64,000 bases of DNA, taken from assembly GCA_963674745.2 (NCBI GenBank), contig CAXXDV010000001.1, positions 1,408,001-1,472,000 of the forward strand, read 5' to 3'. The notes under the pieces were generated by a model that had not been told where the DNA came from, ran no database searches, and worked only from the letters and a program-made list of their open reading frames with translations. Position numbers and translations under genes: made by a program. The stretch is from Desulfosudaceae bacterium. GTDB taxonomy: Bacteria > Desulfobacterota > Desulfobacteria > Desulfobacterales > Desulfosudaceae. Below, piece by piece: positions 61,677 through 64,000 of the stretch. Positions within the stretch are counted from its first letter, which is position 1; the number at the start of each line of letters is the position of its first letter.

Positions 61677-62918
61677 TCAGGAATACAGCGGGAATTCCCG
61701 GCAGAGGGCCGTAACCGTTTCTTTCGCTTTTTTAATAACCGCCTCGTCGGACCGGTTTTTCAAAACGTTGACAATCAGATCCGCAACAATATCCATCTCT
61801 TTTTCCGTCATTCCACGGGAGGTCAGAACCGGTGTGCCGATTCTGACACCACTGGTGACGAACGGTCCCTGGGGATCGTTGGGGATGGTGTTTTTGTTCA
61901 GCGTCAGACCGGCTTCTTCCAGAACCGCTTCGGCTTCCTTGCCGGTTACATCGAGGCTGCGTAAATCAGCCAGCATGGTGTGATTTTCGGTTCCGCCGGA
62001 AACCAGGTCAACCCCCCGGTCCATGAGTGATTGGGCCAGAGCCCGGGCGTTTTTAACGACAGCGGCCTGGTATTTTTTGAAGTCTTCGGTCAGGGCTTCG
62101 CCGAAAGCCACGGCCTTGGCCGCGATGACATGCATCAGCGGGCCGCCTTGAATGCCGGGAAAGATCTCCTTGTTCAAAACCTTGCTGTAATCTTTGTTGG
62201 ACAGGATTAGGCCACCCCGCGGGCCGCGCAGGGTTTTATGGGTCGTGGAAGTGACCACGTCAGCATGCGGCAGCGGAGAGGGGTGAAGCCCGGCCGCCAC
62301 CAGGCCGGCGATATGGGCCATGTCCACCATCAGCAGTGCGCCCACGGATTGCGCGATCTCCTGGAATTTTTCAAAATCCAGGCGGCGGGGATAGGCGCTG
62401 GCCCCGGCCACAATCATTTTCGGCTGATGGGTTTTGGCCAGGTCGGCCACCTGGTCGTAGTCAATGCGGCCGGTCTCTTCGGAAAGACCGTAGGGCTTGA
62501 AATTATACAGCTGGCCGGAAAAATTGACCGGACTGCCGTGGGTCAGATGTCCGCCATGGGAAAGATCCATTCCCATTACAATGTCTCCGGGTTTGAGCAG
62601 CGCGAAATAAACCGCCATATTGGCCTGTGACCCGGAATGGGGCTGGACATTGACATATGTGGCGCCGAACAGTTCTTTGGCCCGGTCGATGGCCAGTTGC
62701 TCGGCCATATCGACAAATTCACAGCCGCCGTAATATCGACGGGCCGGGTAGCCTTCGGCGTATTTGTTGGTCAGCACGCTTCCCTGCGCTTCCATGACCG
62801 CCTGGCTGGCAATGTTTTCCGATGCGATCAGTTCCAGCGTGTTCTGCTGGCGGTCCATTTCCAGACGGATGGCCCGGGCGACTTCAGGGTCTTTTTTTTC
62901 AAGATAATCCAGGTTCAA
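61677..62918 (-). CDS. glyA: serine hydroxymethyltransferase
   Basis: [26 protein letters not shown]. Confidence 0.97.
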   Translation of the reverse strand: MNLDYLEKKDPEVARAIRLEMDRQQNTLELIASENIASQAVMEAQGSVLTNKYAEGYPARRYYGGCEFVDMAEQLAIDRAKELFGATYVNVQPHSGSQANMAVYFALLKPGDIVMGMDLSHGGHLTHGSPVNFSGQLYNFKPYGLSEETGRIDYDQVADLAKTHQPKMIVAGASAYPRRLDFEKFQEIAQSVGALLMVDMAHIAGLVAAGLHPSPLPHADVVTSTTHKTLRGPRGGLILSNKDYSKVLNKEIFPGIQGGPLMHVIAAKAVAFGEALTEDFKKYQAAVVKNARALAQSLMDRGVDLVSGGTENHTMLADLRSLDVTGKEAEAVLEEAGLTLNKNTIPNDPQGPFVTSGVRIGTPVLTSRGMTEKEMDIVADLIVNVLKNRSDEAVIKKAKETVTALCREFPLYS

Positions 62919-62950
62919 AACAGCTTCCTCAAAAACATGAAAAGTCCGGC

Positions 62951-63181
62951 TTAAAGCCGTTCATTGATATAGTTTACGGCGTCCTTTACGGTTTTGATCT
63001 GTTCGGCTTCCTCGTCGGAAATCTCCAGGTCATACTCGTCTTCCAGCGACATTAATAGCTCCACAATGTCCAGTGAATCAGCACCCAGATCACTGATAAA
63101 TTCAGCTTCCAGACGGATGTCTCCCGGTTCAATCTCCAATCGTTCCGCAATAATTCGTTTTACTTTGTCTTCAACCGACAT
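62951..63181 (-). CDS. acpP: acyl carrier protein
   Basis: [16 protein letters not shown]. Confidence 0.95.
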   Translation of the reverse strand: MSVEDKVKRIIAERLEIEPGDIRLEAEFISDLGADSLDIVELLMSLEDEYDLEISDEEAEQIKTVKDAVNYINERL

Positions 63182-63212
63182 TTTACCGCTCCTTTCTTTT
63201 GCCCGCTCCGAC

Positions 63213-63962
63213 TCACAAGTATAATCCGCCATTGACATGAATTACCTGTCCGGTAATGTACGCGGCCCTGTCAGAGGCCAGGAAAGCAACTACGGCGGCC
63301 ACGTCGTCGGCTTCACCTATTCTTCCCAGCGGAATCCGCTGGGCGATTTTTTTTTTCTCGGCTGCGGAAATTGTTTGCGTCATATCCGTATTTATCAGTC
63401 CGGCGGCAACGGCATTAACCGTAATATTCCGGGAGGCGTATTCTAAGGCAACCGACTTGGTCAGCCCGATCAACCCGGCTTTTGATGCCGCGTAATTGGC
63501 CTGTCCCGGGTTTCCGGTCAACCCCACCACGGAACTGATGTTGATAATCCGTCCGGACCGTTGTTTGAGCATCTGCCGCGAAGCAGCCCTGGTACATAAA
63601 AAAGCGCCTTTGAGATTCACATCGATCACATCGTCCCAGTCCTGTTCCTTCATTCGCGGCAATAGACCATCCTTGCTGATGCCGGCATTGTTCACCAGCA
63701 CATCAAGGCGTCCGGTTTCTTTTACGACGGCAGAAAAAAAATTCTGCACTTCTTTTTCCACGGACACATCCGCGCAGGCGGATGATACCCGGCCGCCCTT
63801 TTTTTTGATCAGCGCTTCGGTTTCCCGGGCTGATTCAGAGGAACGGGAATAGTTAAAATAGATATGGGTGTCGTTTTCAGCCAGCGCCAGGCAAATCGCC
63901 CGGCCGATTCCACGGGCGCCTCCCGTTACCACGGCTACCCGATGGTTCTGATCAAGCCCCAT
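63213..63962 (-). CDS. fabG: 3-oxoacyl-ACP reductase
   Basis: [17 protein letters not shown]. Confidence 0.95.
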   Translation of the reverse strand: MGLDQNHRVAVVTGGARGIGRAICLALAENDTHIYFNYSRSSESARETEALIKKKGGRVSSACADVSVEKEVQNFFSAVVKETGRLDVLVNNAGISKDGLLPRMKEQDWDDVIDVNLKGAFLCTRAASRQMLKQRSGRIINISSVVGLTGNPGQANYAASKAGLIGLTKSVALEYASRNITVNAVAAGLINTDMTQTISAAEKKKIAQRIPLGRIGEADDVAAVVAFLASDRAAYITGQVIHVNGGLYL

Positions 63963-64000
63963 AGCTGCCTACTCCTGATCAAATCCCTTTTCTTTATGCT

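Overview
Bacterial genomic DNA, most likely from a sulfate-reducing Desulfobacterota (inferred from gene content). It has two very different parts. (1) About 1-19.1 kb is an accessory island. Its AT-rich left part (1-14.5 kb) is an array of seven Rhs core/C-terminal toxin modules: six silent ones on the minus strand, each with a downstream immunity-like gene, and one on the plus strand running in from the window edge. All six minus-strand modules start at the same codon (Y-P-G-Q-Y), fused to a conserved ~70-bp non-Rhs sequence. The array abuts a compact module of a Toprim/P-loop primase-helicase-like gene and two intact XerC/D-type tyrosine recombinases. A second family of ACGTCCCC/GGGGAC-ended repeats, an 11-codon RAYT-like transposase remnant and one IS1182-like element punctuate it. 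Together this looks like a site-specific toxin-tip cassette capture or switching system. (2) About 19.1-64 kb is host backbone: korAB-acnA-gltA, a large oxygen/ROS-defence cluster (FTR/Grx, Roo, rubredoxin, selenocysteine peroxiredoxin, cytochrome c, cydAB, flavodoxins, Dfx, Rbr, ferritin-like proteins, MntP), msrAB, trpB2, and the fabG-acpP-glyA-nrdR-ribDEBAH-nusB operon. No rRNA, tRNA or CRISPR array was recognised.
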